A stretch of DNA of 64,000 bases from Polaromonas sp. (GTDB taxonomy: Bacteria > Pseudomonadota > Gammaproteobacteria > Burkholderiales > Burkholderiaceae_C). Each line of letters begins with the position of its first letter. Positions within the stretch are counted from its first letter, which is position 1. Shown here in pieces: positions 37,172-47,619 of this stretch. Where the stretch lies: contig JANPIK010000015.1 of NCBI GenBank assembly GCA_031424935.1, positions 46,254 through 110,253 of the forward strand. The letters are read 5' to 3'. The notes beneath the pieces were generated by a model. It saw nothing but the letters and a program-made list of their open reading frames with translations, ran no database searches and was not told the origin of the DNA. A program made the translations under genes and the position numbers.

Positions 37172-37768
37172 TTAAATATGCAGCATGGCCAGTATGCCCA
37201 CCAACAGGCCACCCGCAGCGGCGGCGAACATCACGTATTCGACCCAGCGTTTGCGCGTCAGCAAGGCGATGGCCGCCATCGCAATAGATATTTGCAGCAC
37301 GGTCGTGGATTGTGCCCAGCGGTGGTGCTGGTGCATTTGTTGATCCGACTGCTTGTCCCAATCTGCAGATTCTTTTTCCAGTTTTTCTGCCACGAGCTTG
37401 ATGTCGGTTTTTTCTTTTTCGTAACGGTCAATCTTGGCTTGGTATTTGTCTTTGGCGGCTTCAAGCGACAAGTCACGCGAGACCTCTGCCAACGACTGTT
37501 TCGTACTTTTTGCTTGAAAAAAATTCCATTGGTTTGAAGCTTCAGTTTTTTTGATGGCCGCGTTGTTTTTGTAAAGCCCCGCATTGGCCTGAGTCGCACC
37601 GCCCATGTACGAAAAAATAGCACCCACCGTGGCAATGACCGCCGTAATGACCGCGATTTGTGCCGTCATGCCCTTGCTTTTTTCGTCATGGCCGCCGTGC
37701 CCGCCCTGCGCGGCATGCTCCAACTCATGATCATGTGGGCCGTGTACGTGAAATCCGCCTGATGACAT
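37172..37768 (-). CDS. DUF4337 domain-containing membrane protein
   Basis: His/Gly-rich N-terminus, a TM helix, then EASNQWNFFQAKSTKQ and a coiled region with a C-terminal TM pair. Typical DUF4337 layout. Confidence 0.6.
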   Translation of the reverse strand: MSSGGFHVHGPHDHELEHAAQGGHGGHDEKSKGMTAQIAVITAVIATVGAIFSYMGGATQANAGLYKNNAAIKKTEASNQWNFFQAKSTKQSLAEVSRDLSLEAAKDKYQAKIDRYEKEKTDIKLVAEKLEKESADWDKQSDQQMHQHHRWAQSTTVLQISIAMAAIALLTRKRWVEYVMFAAAAGGLLVGILAMLHI

Positions 37769-37769
37769 G

Positions 37770-38291
37770 TTAAGTTTCCTTTTGATGGGGTAAAGATCTT
37801 TGATAAGTAATGAAGCTGAATTTCAATCCTGCGGCAGAAACGTGGTCTTCTTGATGACTGACTTGCCATACGCTGCCCAGCTGGGGCGCGAAGGCGTCAC
37901 CGTTAAAGGTTTTGTCGATTCGTGTGACCTCAATTCGGCTGGCCAGCGGTTCGGCCAACGCGTAGATTTGTGCGCCGCCGATGATCCAGACCTCAGCTGC
38001 GTTCTGGCACCGTGCCAACGCATCATTCAGGCTGAAAGCGGTGTGTGCGCCCTGTGCCAGCCAGTTTTGCTGACGCGTGATCACCACATTCGTTCGGCCT
38101 GGCAGCGGCCGGAATTTGTCGGGTATCGAGTCCCACGTCTTGCGGCCCATGATGACCGGGCTACCCAGAGTGAGCTTTTTAAAATGCGCCAGGTCTTCAG
38201 GCAGGTGCCAAGGCATGACGCCGTTTAGCCCAATCACACCATTGGCAGACTGGGCAAAAATCATGTGAATATTCATGGCTGGCGTAGCCAT
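37770..38291 (-). CDS. folA: dihydrofolate reductase
   Basis: IFAQSANGVIGLNGVMPWHLPEDLAHFKKLTLGSPVIMGRKTWDSIP. The ATG shares one nt with the thyA TGA stop. Confidence 0.92.
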   Translation of the reverse strand: MATPAMNIHMIFAQSANGVIGLNGVMPWHLPEDLAHFKKLTLGSPVIMGRKTWDSIPDKFRPLPGRTNVVITRQQNWLAQGAHTAFSLNDALARCQNAAEVWIIGGAQIYALAEPLASRIEVTRIDKTFNGDAFAPQLGSVWQVSHQEDHVSAAGLKFSFITYQRSLPHQKET

Positions 38292-39121
38292 CAAACAGCA
38301 ACCGCTGCCTTGATGGCGGGATGGTGCTGGTAGTTGATGAACTCAAAATCTTCGAATTCATAGTCAAAAATCGAAGCTGGCCGACGCTTGATCTGCAGCG
38401 TGGGACAGGGCAGCGGCTCCCGGCTCAGTTGCAATGCCACTTGTTCCTGGTGGTTGCTGTAAATGTGACAGTCGCCGCCGGTCCAAATAAAGTCGCCCAG
38501 ATCCAAGTCGCATTGCTGCGCCACCATGTGGGTGAGCAACGCATAGCTGGCGATGTTAAACGGCACACCCAGAAAAATATCAGCGCTGCGCTGGTAAAGC
38601 TGGCAACTGAGTTGGCCCCTACCGCCTGCAACCAAGGCAGGCGCCACATAAAACTGAAAAAACGCGTGACAAGGCATCAGTGCCATTTTGTCGAGGTCGG
38701 CCACATTCCATGCGCTAACGATGATGCGGCGCGAGTCCGGGTTGGTTTTCAAGGTGTTGATGACCTCAGAAATCTGGTCAATGTGCCCGCCACCTGGGGT
38801 AGGCCAGCTGCGCCACTGCACACCATACACGGGGCCCAAGTCACCATCGGCACGCGCCCATTCATCCCAAATCGTTACGCCGCGTGCTTTAAGCCAATTG
38901 TTGTCGCTCGATCCTTGCAAAAACCACAGCAATTCATGCACGATGGACTTGACGTGAACCTTTTTGGTCGTGACCAGCGGGAAACCATTTTTTAAGTCAA
39001 ACCGCATCTGGTAGCCAAACACGCTTTTGGTGCCGGTACCTGTACGGTCTGACTTGAACACACCATGCGTATCGACATGGCGCATGAAATCTTCGTATTG
39101 GGAGTAAACGCATGGGGTCAT
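38291..39121 (-). CDS. thyA: thymidylate synthase
   Basis: DRTGTGT, LWFLQG, the active-site PCH context [13 protein letters not shown], and [15 protein letters not shown]. Confidence 0.96.
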   Translation of the reverse strand: MTPCVYSQYEDFMRHVDTHGVFKSDRTGTGTKSVFGYQMRFDLKNGFPLVTTKKVHVKSIVHELLWFLQGSSDNNWLKARGVTIWDEWARADGDLGPVYGVQWRSWPTPGGGHIDQISEVINTLKTNPDSRRIIVSAWNVADLDKMALMPCHAFFQFYVAPALVAGGRGQLSCQLYQRSADIFLGVPFNIASYALLTHMVAQQCDLDLGDFIWTGGDCHIYSNHQEQVALQLSREPLPCPTLQIKRRPASIFDYEFEDFEFINYQHHPAIKAAVAV

Positions 39122-39178
39122 ACAAAAAGCGCGCCGTGTGTGAGAAAGGAAATGTACTTGGCTCTGTCGAAGTCAAAA

Positions 39179-40621
39179 TTATGCCCGTATCACCCGCCCC
39201 GGATTCATCACATCCAGCGGGTCCAGTGCTCGCTTGATGGCGCGCATCATGCGGAGCGCTACCGCTGATTTATGTTGCTCCAGCTTGTCCAGTTTTAGGC
39301 TACCCACACCGTGTTCAGCTGAAATGGAGCCATCAAACCGTGCGACCGAGTCATAAACCAGCGTGTTGACCTCAAGCTCGCGGTCCCGTAAAAAAGCCTT
39401 GGCGTCGCCTTCAGCAGGTGCCTGCACGTTGTAATGCAGATTGCCGTCGCCCAGGTGGCCAAAGTTAACCAACCGAACACCAGGAATCGCCGCCGTCAGC
39501 AGCGCATCAGTCGTCGCTACAAATTCCGGGATACGTGACACCGCAATGGACACGTCGTGTTTGATGTTGAGGCCTTCTTCGGCCTGTGCGAGCGGAATGC
39601 TTTCGCGAACATGCCAAAGCTGTTTTGCTTGGCTTAAGTTTTCAGCCACCACCGCATCGCTGACGCAGCCGTCATTAAAAGCGGTTTCAAGCAACCGTTC
39701 AAACTGTTCGCGTGCATGGCTTTCTGATTCGTGGTCCGAGTTTTCAAGCAAAACAAAGTAGGGAGCCCCCTCGCTCCCTGCTTGCAAAAGCGGCACGCGC
39801 TGCTGTGGGTAATGTTTGGCCACCAGGCTCAATGCAAACTGCCCCATGACCTCAAAACCCGTCAAGCCCGCGCCCAAATGCTGATGCGCCAGACCAAGCA
39901 ACGCAACGGCGTGTTGCATAGACGGCACCGCTGCCCAAGCGGTGAGCTTTGCAGCGGGCTGCGGGTAGAGTTTTACCGTCGCCGCGGTGATCACGCCTAG
40001 CGTGCCTTCGCTGCCAACAAATAAGTCTCGCAGGTCATAACCCGTATTGTCTTTGCGCAAGCCGCTCAAACCGTGCCAAATTTCGCCTTGGGCCGTCACG
40101 ACTTCAAGACCGAGGCACAAGTCGCGCGCGTTGCCGTAGCGCACCACCTGCGTGCCGCCTGCGTTGGTGGCAAGGTTGCCGCCAATCGTGCAACTGCCTT
40201 CAGCGGCCAGGCTAAGTGGAAATAAAAGACCCGCTTTCTCAGCGCTTTCTTGTAGGGTTTGCAAAATGCACCCGGCATCAACGGTCATGGTCATATTAGC
40301 GGCGTCAATAGTGCGCACAGCATTCAAGCGCAGCAAACTCATGACTACCTGTAAGCCGGACTCGTCGGGAATCGAGCCGCCCACCAGCCCGGTGTTGCCG
40401 CCCTGAGTCACGATGCTCACACCTTTTGAAACGCAGGCCTTGATGACAGCACTGACTTCTTGGGTGTTGGCAGGCCTGACCACGGCAAGTGCTTTGCCGC
40501 GCGAGCGTTTGCGCCAATCCAGCTCGTAGGCCGACAAATCGCCGTCCACCAGCACATGGCTTTGCCCCACCAGCGTTTGGAGCTGATCGATTAAGCCCTG
40601 GTGCATGTCATTTACTTCCAT
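39179..40621 (-). CDS. FAD-binding oxidoreductase (GlcD / D-2-hydroxyacid dehydrogenase family)
   Basis: FAD-binding PCMH domain (VVRPANTQEVSAVIKAC, VTQGGNTGLVGGS) and C-terminal EHGVGSLK. The start may be 40606. Confidence 0.82.
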   Translation of the reverse strand: MEVNDMHQGLIDQLQTLVGQSHVLVDGDLSAYELDWRKRSRGKALAVVRPANTQEVSAVIKACVSKGVSIVTQGGNTGLVGGSIPDESGLQVVMSLLRLNAVRTIDAANMTMTVDAGCILQTLQESAEKAGLLFPLSLAAEGSCTIGGNLATNAGGTQVVRYGNARDLCLGLEVVTAQGEIWHGLSGLRKDNTGYDLRDLFVGSEGTLGVITAATVKLYPQPAAKLTAWAAVPSMQHAVALLGLAHQHLGAGLTGFEVMGQFALSLVAKHYPQQRVPLLQAGSEGAPYFVLLENSDHESESHAREQFERLLETAFNDGCVSDAVVAENLSQAKQLWHVRESIPLAQAEEGLNIKHDVSIAVSRIPEFVATTDALLTAAIPGVRLVNFGHLGDGNLHYNVQAPAEGDAKAFLRDRELEVNTLVYDSVARFDGSISAEHGVGSLKLDKLEQHKSAVALRMMRAIKRALDPLDVMNPGRVIRA

Positions 40622-40646
40622 CAGTAACTTCCATCAATAACTCCCA

Positions 40647-41027
40647 TCAATAACTTCCTTTAGGCAGCTTGGCAATACCCTTAAACCGGATTTTGACGTG
40701 GAGAGAGCATGCGGTAAAAAGTATCAGGCACAACACAACTTCAGTCATGGCCAAGTAGTTGCCAGGCGCCTTGTCGCTCCAGGCGCGCACTGCGCCTTCG
40801 GTAAAGTACACCCACACCAGCAGGCTTAACCAACGGTAGGTGTACATGCGGTTTTTCATCACGCCTGCCAGCGGCAAGATCAGCGGCAGTACTTTCAAAG
40901 CCAGCAGGGAGCCACCGGGTCTGACGGGGGCCAATACCATCTCCCACAACACGCCAAGGGCGATCAGGCTAATCAGGCTGGCTGCTGCGGTCCAGCGAAT
41001 GGCTTCAATTTGATGGTCTTTGGTCAT
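40647..41027 (-). CDS. DUF2069 domain-containing membrane protein
   Basis: Four predicted TM helices, YTYRWLSLLVWVYFTEG. The internal ATG at 41027 is preferred because the 41054 start would overlap the divergent yihY ATG. Confidence 0.55.
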   Translation of the reverse strand: MTKDHQIEAIRWTAAASLISLIALGVLWEMVLAPVRPGGSLLALKVLPLILPLAGVMKNRMYTYRWLSLLVWVYFTEGAVRAWSDKAPGNYLAMTEVVLCLILFTACSLHVKIRFKGIAKLPKGSY

Positions 41028-41064
41028 GGGTGTCGAGGTCAGAGTCTGAGGCATGATACCGGGG

Positions 41065-42306
41065 ATGAATTTTCAACAACGATTACAAGTCTTTTGGGCC
41101 GACCTGACGCATTTCCCTTGGCAGGGCACGTTGCTGATGCTAAGGGACCGCTTTCGTGAAGACCACATGGGCCTGACGGCCAGCAGCTTGACATTTACCA
41201 CTTCTATTGCACTGGTGCCGTTTTTTACGGTGGCTTTGGCGGTGTTCACCGCTTTTCCGATGTTTTCTGACATGCAAGGTGCGTTGCAAAGCTGGCTGAT
41301 CAACAGCTTGATCCCCGACAACATCGCCCGGCAGGTGTTGGGCTATTTGACGCAATTTAGCAGGCAGGCCAATAAGCTGGGGGCGGCCGGTCTTGGGATC
41401 TTACTGGTCACGGCGATTGCACTGATTTTGACCATCGACCGCACCCTCAACGGCATTTGGCGGGTAAAAAAAACCCGTCCTTTTGCCCAACGGGTGCTCA
41501 TTTATTGGTCTGCGATCACACTGGGGCCTGTGCTTTTGGGCGCGAGCCTGGCGCTTACTGCGTCGGTGGTGGCAAATACGAGCGGGTGGGTAGGGTCGTT
41601 GCCGTTTAGCTTGCTTTTTATACTGAATAGTTTTCAGTTCCTCTTGGTCGCCGGTGGGCTTGCGGCGCTTTACCGTTATGTTCCCAACACGTATGTGAAA
41701 TGGAGCCACGCCTGGGCCGGCGGCATTTTTGCAGCAGCAGGCATTGAGCTGGCAAAAAAAGTTTTGGCGGTGTACCTGAGCAAAGTACCCACTTATTCCA
41801 TGATTTATGGCGCTTTTGCAACCCTACCCATTTTGTTGGTCTGGATCTATGTGGCTTGGGTGATTGTGCTGCTGGGCGCTGTGGTGGCGGCGTATCTGCC
41901 CAGCCTGCTGGCGGGCGTTGCCCGGCGCGGTGGTGGGCACGGCTGGCACTTTCAACTGGCTGTTGAAGTGTTACAACACCTGGCAATGCTGAGGCGCGGC
42001 ACCCAGCTGGGCTGCAGTGCATCCAAACTGGCGCAAACATTGCAGATTGATGTGCTGCAACTCGAGCCCATACTGCAAACCTTGTCTGAGCTTGGCTGGG
42101 TAGGCCAGCTGATGCCCCAGGCAGAGTCCGGCGTTGATGAAGAATCAAACTACATTTTGCTGGCTAACCCTGAGCAGACGTTGCTCGAGCCCTTATTGCA
42201 GCGACTTTTACTTGAAAAAACGGACTCGACTTTGCCGCTTTGGCAACATGCGAATTGGGCCACGCTTCGGTTGCAGCATGTGCTGTACGTGCCGAAAGTG
42301 CTGTAA
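41065..42306 (+). CDS. YihY/BrkB family inner membrane protein
   Basis: LTASSLTFTTSIALVPFFTVALAVF, IWRVKKTRPF and YGAFATLPILLVWIYVAWVIVLLGA are typical YihY motifs. Confidence 0.85.
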   Translation: MNFQQRLQVFWADLTHFPWQGTLLMLRDRFREDHMGLTASSLTFTTSIALVPFFTVALAVFTAFPMFSDMQGALQSWLINSLIPDNIARQVLGYLTQFSRQANKLGAAGLGILLVTAIALILTIDRTLNGIWRVKKTRPFAQRVLIYWSAITLGPVLLGASLALTASVVANTSGWVGSLPFSLLFILNSFQFLLVAGGLAALYRYVPNTYVKWSHAWAGGIFAAAGIELAKKVLAVYLSKVPTYSMIYGAFATLPILLVWIYVAWVIVLLGAVVAAYLPSLLAGVARRGGGHGWHFQLAVEVLQHLAMLRRGTQLGCSASKLAQTLQIDVLQLEPILQTLSELGWVGQLMPQAESGVDEESNYILLANPEQTLLEPLLQRLLLEKTDSTLPLWQHANWATLRLQHVLYVPKVL

Positions 42307-42414
42307 CTGCGGTAAACACATCGCCGCCGGAGCAAGCTGAGCATGCTGGCGCGGGCTTGACTTTAGTCCAACCTGTCTTCAGACGAGTCAGAAAAATCGG
42401 ACAAACTAGGAAAA

Positions 42415-43686
42415 TCAGGCGAGGCTGAACGGGGCGTGCAAAAACCCCCTGAAGCGCGCGCGACCACCACGGGTGAGTGCTGCGGTTAGCCGATAGTCAG
42501 GAAAACGCTGTAAGAATCGCCCAAGCGCAATTCGGCCTTCTAGCCGTGCCAAACTCATGCCCGCGCACTGGTGAGTCCCCAGGCCAAAAGCCAGATGGCG
42601 GTTGTTCTCGCGTTCCAACCGCAGCGCGTTGGGCTGCTCAAACTGCGCCGGGTCACGGTTGGCTGCACCAATGCAAAGACTCAAAAGACTCCCTGCTGCG
42701 ATGTCCACGCCGCCAACTTGTGTGTTTTTTAAGGCGCGTCGGTTGCTGAGCTGGTTAGATGACTCAAAACGCAGGAATTCGTCCACTGCGGATGTCAAAT
42801 AGGCCTCTAGCCCTTGTAAATCATGGGCTAGATGCTTCATATTCAATAGCATATCGGCTCTGGCATCTGGGTGTTCTGTCAACGCCGCCAGCGCATTGCC
42901 AATCAGGTTGGTCGTGGTTTCGTGGCCTGCGTTCAAGATAAAAACGCAGTTTTGTAGCAGTTCAGCTTCGCTTAGCTTTTCGCTGGTCGTTTCATCGCCT
43001 ATCAGGCGTGTCAGCACATCATGCTCAGGGTGGCCGGGGTGACTGCGTCTTTCGGCGACCAGTGTTCTCAGATATTGGGTAAATTCAACGACGCTTTGGT
43101 TGCCAAGCGCTTGTTGCTCAAGTGTCAGTTTTGGCTCAAGCGCGCCAAGTATGGCCAGCGACCATGAGCGCAGCGGGCCTCGTGCAGCATGCGGAACGCC
43201 CAGCAGGTTGCCAATCACTTCAACCGGGATAGCGGACGCGAAATCATCAATCAAATCGCCCCCACCGTTGGCTTGTAAGTTGTCCAGCAGGCTGTCGACG
43301 CGTGTGACGAGGCTTGATTCCATGCCAGCGATCGCACGGCGTGTCAGTGCGCCGATGATACGGCTGCGTATACGCGTGTGCAGTGGCGGATCGTTAAACA
43401 CCAAACTGGCGGTGTGGTGCTCAAACAGCGGTGAGCCCGCGCCGTACTTGGGTTCAAACTCGATTTTTTTGTTTGAACTGAAGGTTTGTGCGTCGCGGTA
43501 TACCGTCACCACTTCTTGATATCGGGTTAAAAAATACGAGCCATCGGGCATCAGGCGCACTGGGCTTTGCTGCCTAAGCACGTCATAGACCGGATACGGA
43601 TTGACATAAAAATCAGGCGGCAAATCGCGCAGGTCAAACGTATCTGCAATGGCTTGCGCTCTGGCCGCCGACATCGTGGGCGTCAT
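42415..43686 (-). CDS. cytochrome P450
   Basis: I-helix AGHETT, the ExxR region (EFLRFES) and heme-binding loop FGLGTHQCAGMSLAR. The start overlaps the upstream hydrolase stop (ATGA). Confidence 0.92.
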   Translation of the reverse strand: MTPTMSAARAQAIADTFDLRDLPPDFYVNPYPVYDVLRQQSPVRLMPDGSYFLTRYQEVVTVYRDAQTFSSNKKIEFEPKYGAGSPLFEHHTASLVFNDPPLHTRIRSRIIGALTRRAIAGMESSLVTRVDSLLDNLQANGGGDLIDDFASAIPVEVIGNLLGVPHAARGPLRSWSLAILGALEPKLTLEQQALGNQSVVEFTQYLRTLVAERRSHPGHPEHDVLTRLIGDETTSEKLSEAELLQNCVFILNAGHETTTNLIGNALAALTEHPDARADMLLNMKHLAHDLQGLEAYLTSAVDEFLRFESSNQLSNRRALKNTQVGGVDIAAGSLLSLCIGAANRDPAQFEQPNALRLERENNRHLAFGLGTHQCAGMSLARLEGRIALGRFLQRFPDYRLTAALTRGGRARFRGFLHAPFSLA

Positions 43687-44498
43687 TTTAAAAAATCTTT
43701 AATCGCTATCAGCGTTTGCTCTGGCGCTTCAGTCATTTGATGGTGACCGACTGCCAGGTTGACGACCTGCCAGTTTTTTTGACTGGCCTTTGCCTTGTCG
43801 ATCAGCAGGTTTGCCGCTTTGGCTTGGGTCATTTGGTCATCTGTACCCAGCAAAAACAAGATGGGGCAAGTCACCTGGCTGATGGCTGCTTCACCGTTTG
43901 CATAGTCATCACAGGCCTTGAAGCCCCGGTGAAAGACATTGACCTTTGTATTGCTGGCCAGCACCCGCCGGCCTAATGCCATGCTGGCCCCGTACACCCA
44001 TGTACCGGGGCCCAGGGCCGATGGCGGTGCCGCTAGGGTGCTGCGTGAAAACACATTGATCATTTTCAGCGCAGCCATTGGGTCGTTCAGCGATGCGTCT
44101 AGCAGCGCGTTTGAGACCTTCATCGGAAACGCCGTCCCCACCAAAACCAGGCGGGTGATGCGGTTGCCCAACTTTGAGGCGGCTTCAAGGGCAATCAATG
44201 ACCCCCAGCTGTGGCCGATGAGCGCGGCTTTGTCAATGCCCGCTGCATCTAGCAATGCTACAATAAACATAGCGGCATCCTCAACTGATTCGGGGGCTAA
44301 GCCTTCACTTTTGCAATGCCCAGGCAAGTCAACGGCCAGCACATTCCAGCCGTGGTTGGCGAGGTAACGGCTTTGCAAGATCCAGACGCTGTGGTCGTTG
44401 AGTACACCATGAATAAAAACGACACAGGGTTTTGCTTTGTCGAGCGCTTTGCCAGCGGTGTAGGCGTAGGTTTTGTGATGGTTGACTTGCAAGTACAT
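43683..44498 (-). CDS. alpha/beta fold hydrolase
   Basis: HGVLNDHSVW oxyanion region, nucleophile elbow LIGHSWGS, C-terminal GHHQM. The start lies 1 nt after the metY stop. Confidence 0.8.
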   Translation of the reverse strand: MYLQVNHHKTYAYTAGKALDKAKPCVVFIHGVLNDHSVWILQSRYLANHGWNVLAVDLPGHCKSEGLAPESVEDAAMFIVALLDAAGIDKAALIGHSWGSLIALEAASKLGNRITRLVLVGTAFPMKVSNALLDASLNDPMAALKMINVFSRSTLAAPPSALGPGTWVYGASMALGRRVLASNTKVNVFHRGFKACDDYANGEAAISQVTCPILFLLGTDDQMTQAKAANLLIDKAKASQKNWQVVNLAVGHHQMTEAPEQTLIAIKDFLK

Positions 44499-44499
44499 G

Positions 44500-45822
44500 T
44501 CAGGCTCCTGCTTTGTCAGCGGCTCTTTCGGCGATTTTTAAGGCGCGCTTTAAGTCGTCAATCAAATCATCAGCATCTTCCAGACCAATTGACAGGCGAA
44601 TCGTGCCTTGGCCAATGCCCGCGCCGCTAAGGGCCTCGTCCGTCATGCGAAAGTGGGTGGTGCTGGCCGGGTGAATCACCAGGCTGCGGCAGTCGCCGAC
44701 ATTGGCCAGGTGGCTAAAGACACGCAGGCTTTCAACGAACGCCTTACCCTGATTTCGCGAGCCAGCCAAGTCAAAACTAAATACCGAGCCGGCACCGCGG
44801 GGCAACAGCTTTTTAGCCAGGGCATGGCTGGGGTGAGATTCAAGCAGCGGGTGGCCCACGCGCGAGACAAACGGGTGGCTGGCTAAAAACGCCACCACTT
44901 TTTCAGTGTTGCTCATGTGCCGTGCCATGCGCAAACCGAGCGTTTCGATGCCTTGCAAAATCAACCAAGCGGTGTGTGGGCTCATGCAGGCACCAAAGTC
45001 GCGCAAGCCTTCGCGCCGGGCGCGCAGTAAAAAGGCACCCACTGTGCTTTCTTCACTGAACACCATGTTGTGAAAACCGTCGTACGGTTCGGTCAGCTCC
45101 TTGAATTTGCCTGTCGCCTTTGGTGAAGCCCAATCAAACGACCCGCCATCGACCACAATGCCGCCAATTACCGTGCCGTGGCCGCTTAAAAATTTGGTCG
45201 CTGAGTGGTAAACCAAATCAGCGCCGTGGTCAAACGGTTTGATGAGCCAGGGCGAGGTGAGGGTGGAATCCACCAGCAGAGGCGCGCCAGCTGCGTGGGC
45301 AATGGCGGCAACTGCCTCAATGTCCAGCACGTCCAGGCCGGGGTTACCCACGGTTTCGCCAAAAAACAGCTTGGTATTGGGTTGGGCCGCTTTACGCCAT
45401 CCATCCAGATCGCCCGGTTTGACAAACGTAGTTTCAATCCCAAAGCGGCGTAGGGTGTAGTGCAGCAGGTTTTGTGAGCCGCCGTACAAAGCCGTAGACG
45501 CGACGATGTGCGACCCGGCACCCATCAGTGTTGCGATGGTGAGGTGTAATGCGGCTTGCCCGCTGGCAGTGGCAATAGCACCTATGCCGCCTTCTAGCGC
45601 AGCGACTCGCTGCTCGAGCACCGCGTTGGTTGGGTTGCTGATGCGTGAGTACACGTGGCCTGCACGCTCCAGATTAAACAAACTGGCGGCATGGTCGCTC
45701 GATTCAAAAACAAACGAGGTGGTCAGGTGAATGGGCACCGCGCGCGCGCCGGTGGTCGGGTCAGGCGTTGCACCAGCGTGCAACGACAGGGTGTCAAAGC
45801 CAGGGTCAGCGTAACCGGGCAT
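44500..45822 (-). CDS. metY: O-acetylhomoserine aminocarboxypropyltransferase (sulfhydrylase)
   Basis: GFDTLSLHAG, NPTNAVLEQRVAALEGG and the PLP-lysine context YHSATKFLSGHG. About 440 aa. The start is trimmed to MPGYADPGF at 45822. Confidence 0.9.
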   Translation of the reverse strand: MPGYADPGFDTLSLHAGATPDPTTGARAVPIHLTTSFVFESSDHAASLFNLERAGHVYSRISNPTNAVLEQRVAALEGGIGAIATASGQAALHLTIATLMGAGSHIVASTALYGGSQNLLHYTLRRFGIETTFVKPGDLDGWRKAAQPNTKLFFGETVGNPGLDVLDIEAVAAIAHAAGAPLLVDSTLTSPWLIKPFDHGADLVYHSATKFLSGHGTVIGGIVVDGGSFDWASPKATGKFKELTEPYDGFHNMVFSEESTVGAFLLRARREGLRDFGACMSPHTAWLILQGIETLGLRMARHMSNTEKVVAFLASHPFVSRVGHPLLESHPSHALAKKLLPRGAGSVFSFDLAGSRNQGKAFVESLRVFSHLANVGDCRSLVIHPASTTHFRMTDEALSGAGIGQGTIRLSIGLEDADDLIDDLKRALKIAERAADKAGA

Positions 45823-45978
45823 GGTGCAGTCTCCGAAGTGATGTTCAGACGAAAAAATACAAAGGCACATGTAAAAACAAATTCACAAGCTTGACCGCTC
45901 ATTGTGGGCTATATTGCCTTTGAGGCCCCCCGCTGTAATCAGCCGTGGGAATATAAACACAGAACCGAGGACATCGCC

Positions 45979-46437
45979 ATGAAAGTAGCCGACATACTGC
46001 GGGTTAAAGGCAATACGCTTTACACCGTTCAGCCCGACGAACCACTGGCCAAAGCGGCGCAGATCATGGCCGAAAAAGACATTGGTTCTTTGGTGGTCAT
46101 GGAATACGGCGACTTGGTGGGCATGTTGACTTTCAGGGAAGTCATTGTCAGCATCGTGGGCAACAGTGGCGAGATTGGCAACATGCTGGTGCGCAAGGCC
46201 ATGGACGACCACCCGCTGACTTGTACGAGCGAAACCGAACTAGATGAAGTTCGACGCATGATGCTGGAGCGCCACGCCCGTTACATGCCGGTGATGAATC
46301 AAAAAATGCTGATGGGCGTGATCAGCTTGTACGACGTAGCCAAAGCCGTGGTCGACAGCCAGAATTTTGAAAACAAGATGCTAAAGGCCTATATACGGGA
46401 TTGGCCTGCTGGTGAGGATGAGGGCAAGGATGGTTGA
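45979..46437 (+). CDS. CBS domain pair protein
   Basis: MKVADILRVKGNTLYTV..., IGSLVVME and MPVMNQKMLMGVISLYDV indicate two CBS repeats. 152 aa. Confidence 0.8.
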   Translation: MKVADILRVKGNTLYTVQPDEPLAKAAQIMAEKDIGSLVVMEYGDLVGMLTFREVIVSIVGNSGEIGNMLVRKAMDDHPLTCTSETELDEVRRMMLERHARYMPVMNQKMLMGVISLYDVAKAVVDSQNFENKMLKAYIRDWPAGEDEGKDG

Positions 46438-46473
46438 TCGACTTGCTGCATGGGTCATAGATAATATGGCGCT

Positions 46474-47580
46474 ATGAGCGGCAACACCTTTGGCAATTTA
46501 TTCGCAGTCACCAATTTTGGTGAATCCCACGGCCCTGCCATTGGCTGCGTGATTGATGGCTGCCCACCCGGCATGGACTTGTGTGAGGCAGACATTCAAA
46601 TTGACCTGGATCGCCGCCGCCCCGGTACCAGCCGCCACGTGACCCAGCGCAATGAGCCTGATACGGTTGAGATTTTGTCGGGCGTGTACCAAGGCAAAAC
46701 GACCGGTACACCGATTTGTCTGCTGATTAAAAATACCGACCAGCGCAGCAAAGACTATGGCAATATTCTGGAGACGTTTCGCCCCGGCCATGCTGACTAC
46801 ACTTATTTGCACAAGTACGGTCTGCGTGACCCGCGTGGCGGGGGACGGTCGTCGGCACGACTGACAGCCCCAACGGTTGCGGCGGGCGCGGTGGCTAAAA
46901 AGTGGTTGCTGGCGCAATATGGCACAACTTTTAAGGGCTGCATGACGCAGATTGGGGACGAACTGATTGCGTTTGAATCTTGGGCGCATGTGGCAAACAA
47001 TCCGTTTTTTGCGCCTGTTGCGAATGTCTCAAAGTTAGAGGCCTACATGGACGCGCTGCGCCATGCGAAAGACTCTTGCGGAGCCAAAATTCGGGTTGTT
47101 GCGTCGAACGTGCCCGTTGGTCTGGGTGAGCCACTTTACGACAAACTGGACGCCGATATTGCTTACGCCATGATGGGCATCAATGCCGTCAAAGGCGTCG
47201 AGATTGGTGCCGGCTTTGCCAGTGTGGCCCAGCGCGGCAGCACCCATGGTGATGGCTTGTCGCCAGAAGGCTTTCAGTCAAACAACGCAGGCGGTGTGTT
47301 GGGCGGTATCAGCACCGGGCAAGACCTGGAAGTGTCAATCGCCATCAAGCCGACCAGTTCAATCACAACGCCTCGCCAGTCGATTGATACCGCAGGTAAT
47401 CCGGCTGAAGTGGTTACCAAAGGCCGGCATGACCCATGCGTGGGCATACGCGCTACGCCGATAGCAGAGGCGTTGCTGGCGCTGGTGGTGATGGAGCACG
47501 CGTTAAGGCAGCGTGCCCAAAATGCTGATGTTGTTGTCAATACGCCTAACATCATGGCAAGTCGACACGGTCAGATTTGA
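46474..47580 (+). CDS. aroC: chorismate synthase
   Basis: [37 protein letters not shown] and GRHDPCVG. Confidence 0.97.
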   Translation: MSGNTFGNLFAVTNFGESHGPAIGCVIDGCPPGMDLCEADIQIDLDRRRPGTSRHVTQRNEPDTVEILSGVYQGKTTGTPICLLIKNTDQRSKDYGNILETFRPGHADYTYLHKYGLRDPRGGGRSSARLTAPTVAAGAVAKKWLLAQYGTTFKGCMTQIGDELIAFESWAHVANNPFFAPVANVSKLEAYMDALRHAKDSCGAKIRVVASNVPVGLGEPLYDKLDADIAYAMMGINAVKGVEIGAGFASVAQRGSTHGDGLSPEGFQSNNAGGVLGGISTGQDLEVSIAIKPTSSITTPRQSIDTAGNPAEVVTKGRHDPCVGIRATPIAEALLALVVMEHALRQRAQNADVVVNTPNIMASRHGQI

Positions 47581-47619
47581 CGGCAGCCGCCGTCGGCCAA
47601 AATTTCAGGAACTTGCCCA

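Noticed and set aside
41053-41054. Divergent DUF2069 and yihY ORFs whose longest versions start on the same CATG (overlapping start codons on opposite strands).
   Set aside because: This is more simply explained by over-extended ORFs. Internal ATGs at 41027 (-) and 41065 (+) leave a normal 37-nt divergent spacer, so it is not treated as a biological oddity.
45823-45978. A possible SAM-responsive riboswitch or other leader in the 156-nt metY/CBS divergent intergenic region.
   Set aside because: I could not recognise the conserved cores of the SAM-I, SAM-II or SAM-SAH riboswitch classes by eye. An Rfam/Infernal scan would be needed, so no claim is made.
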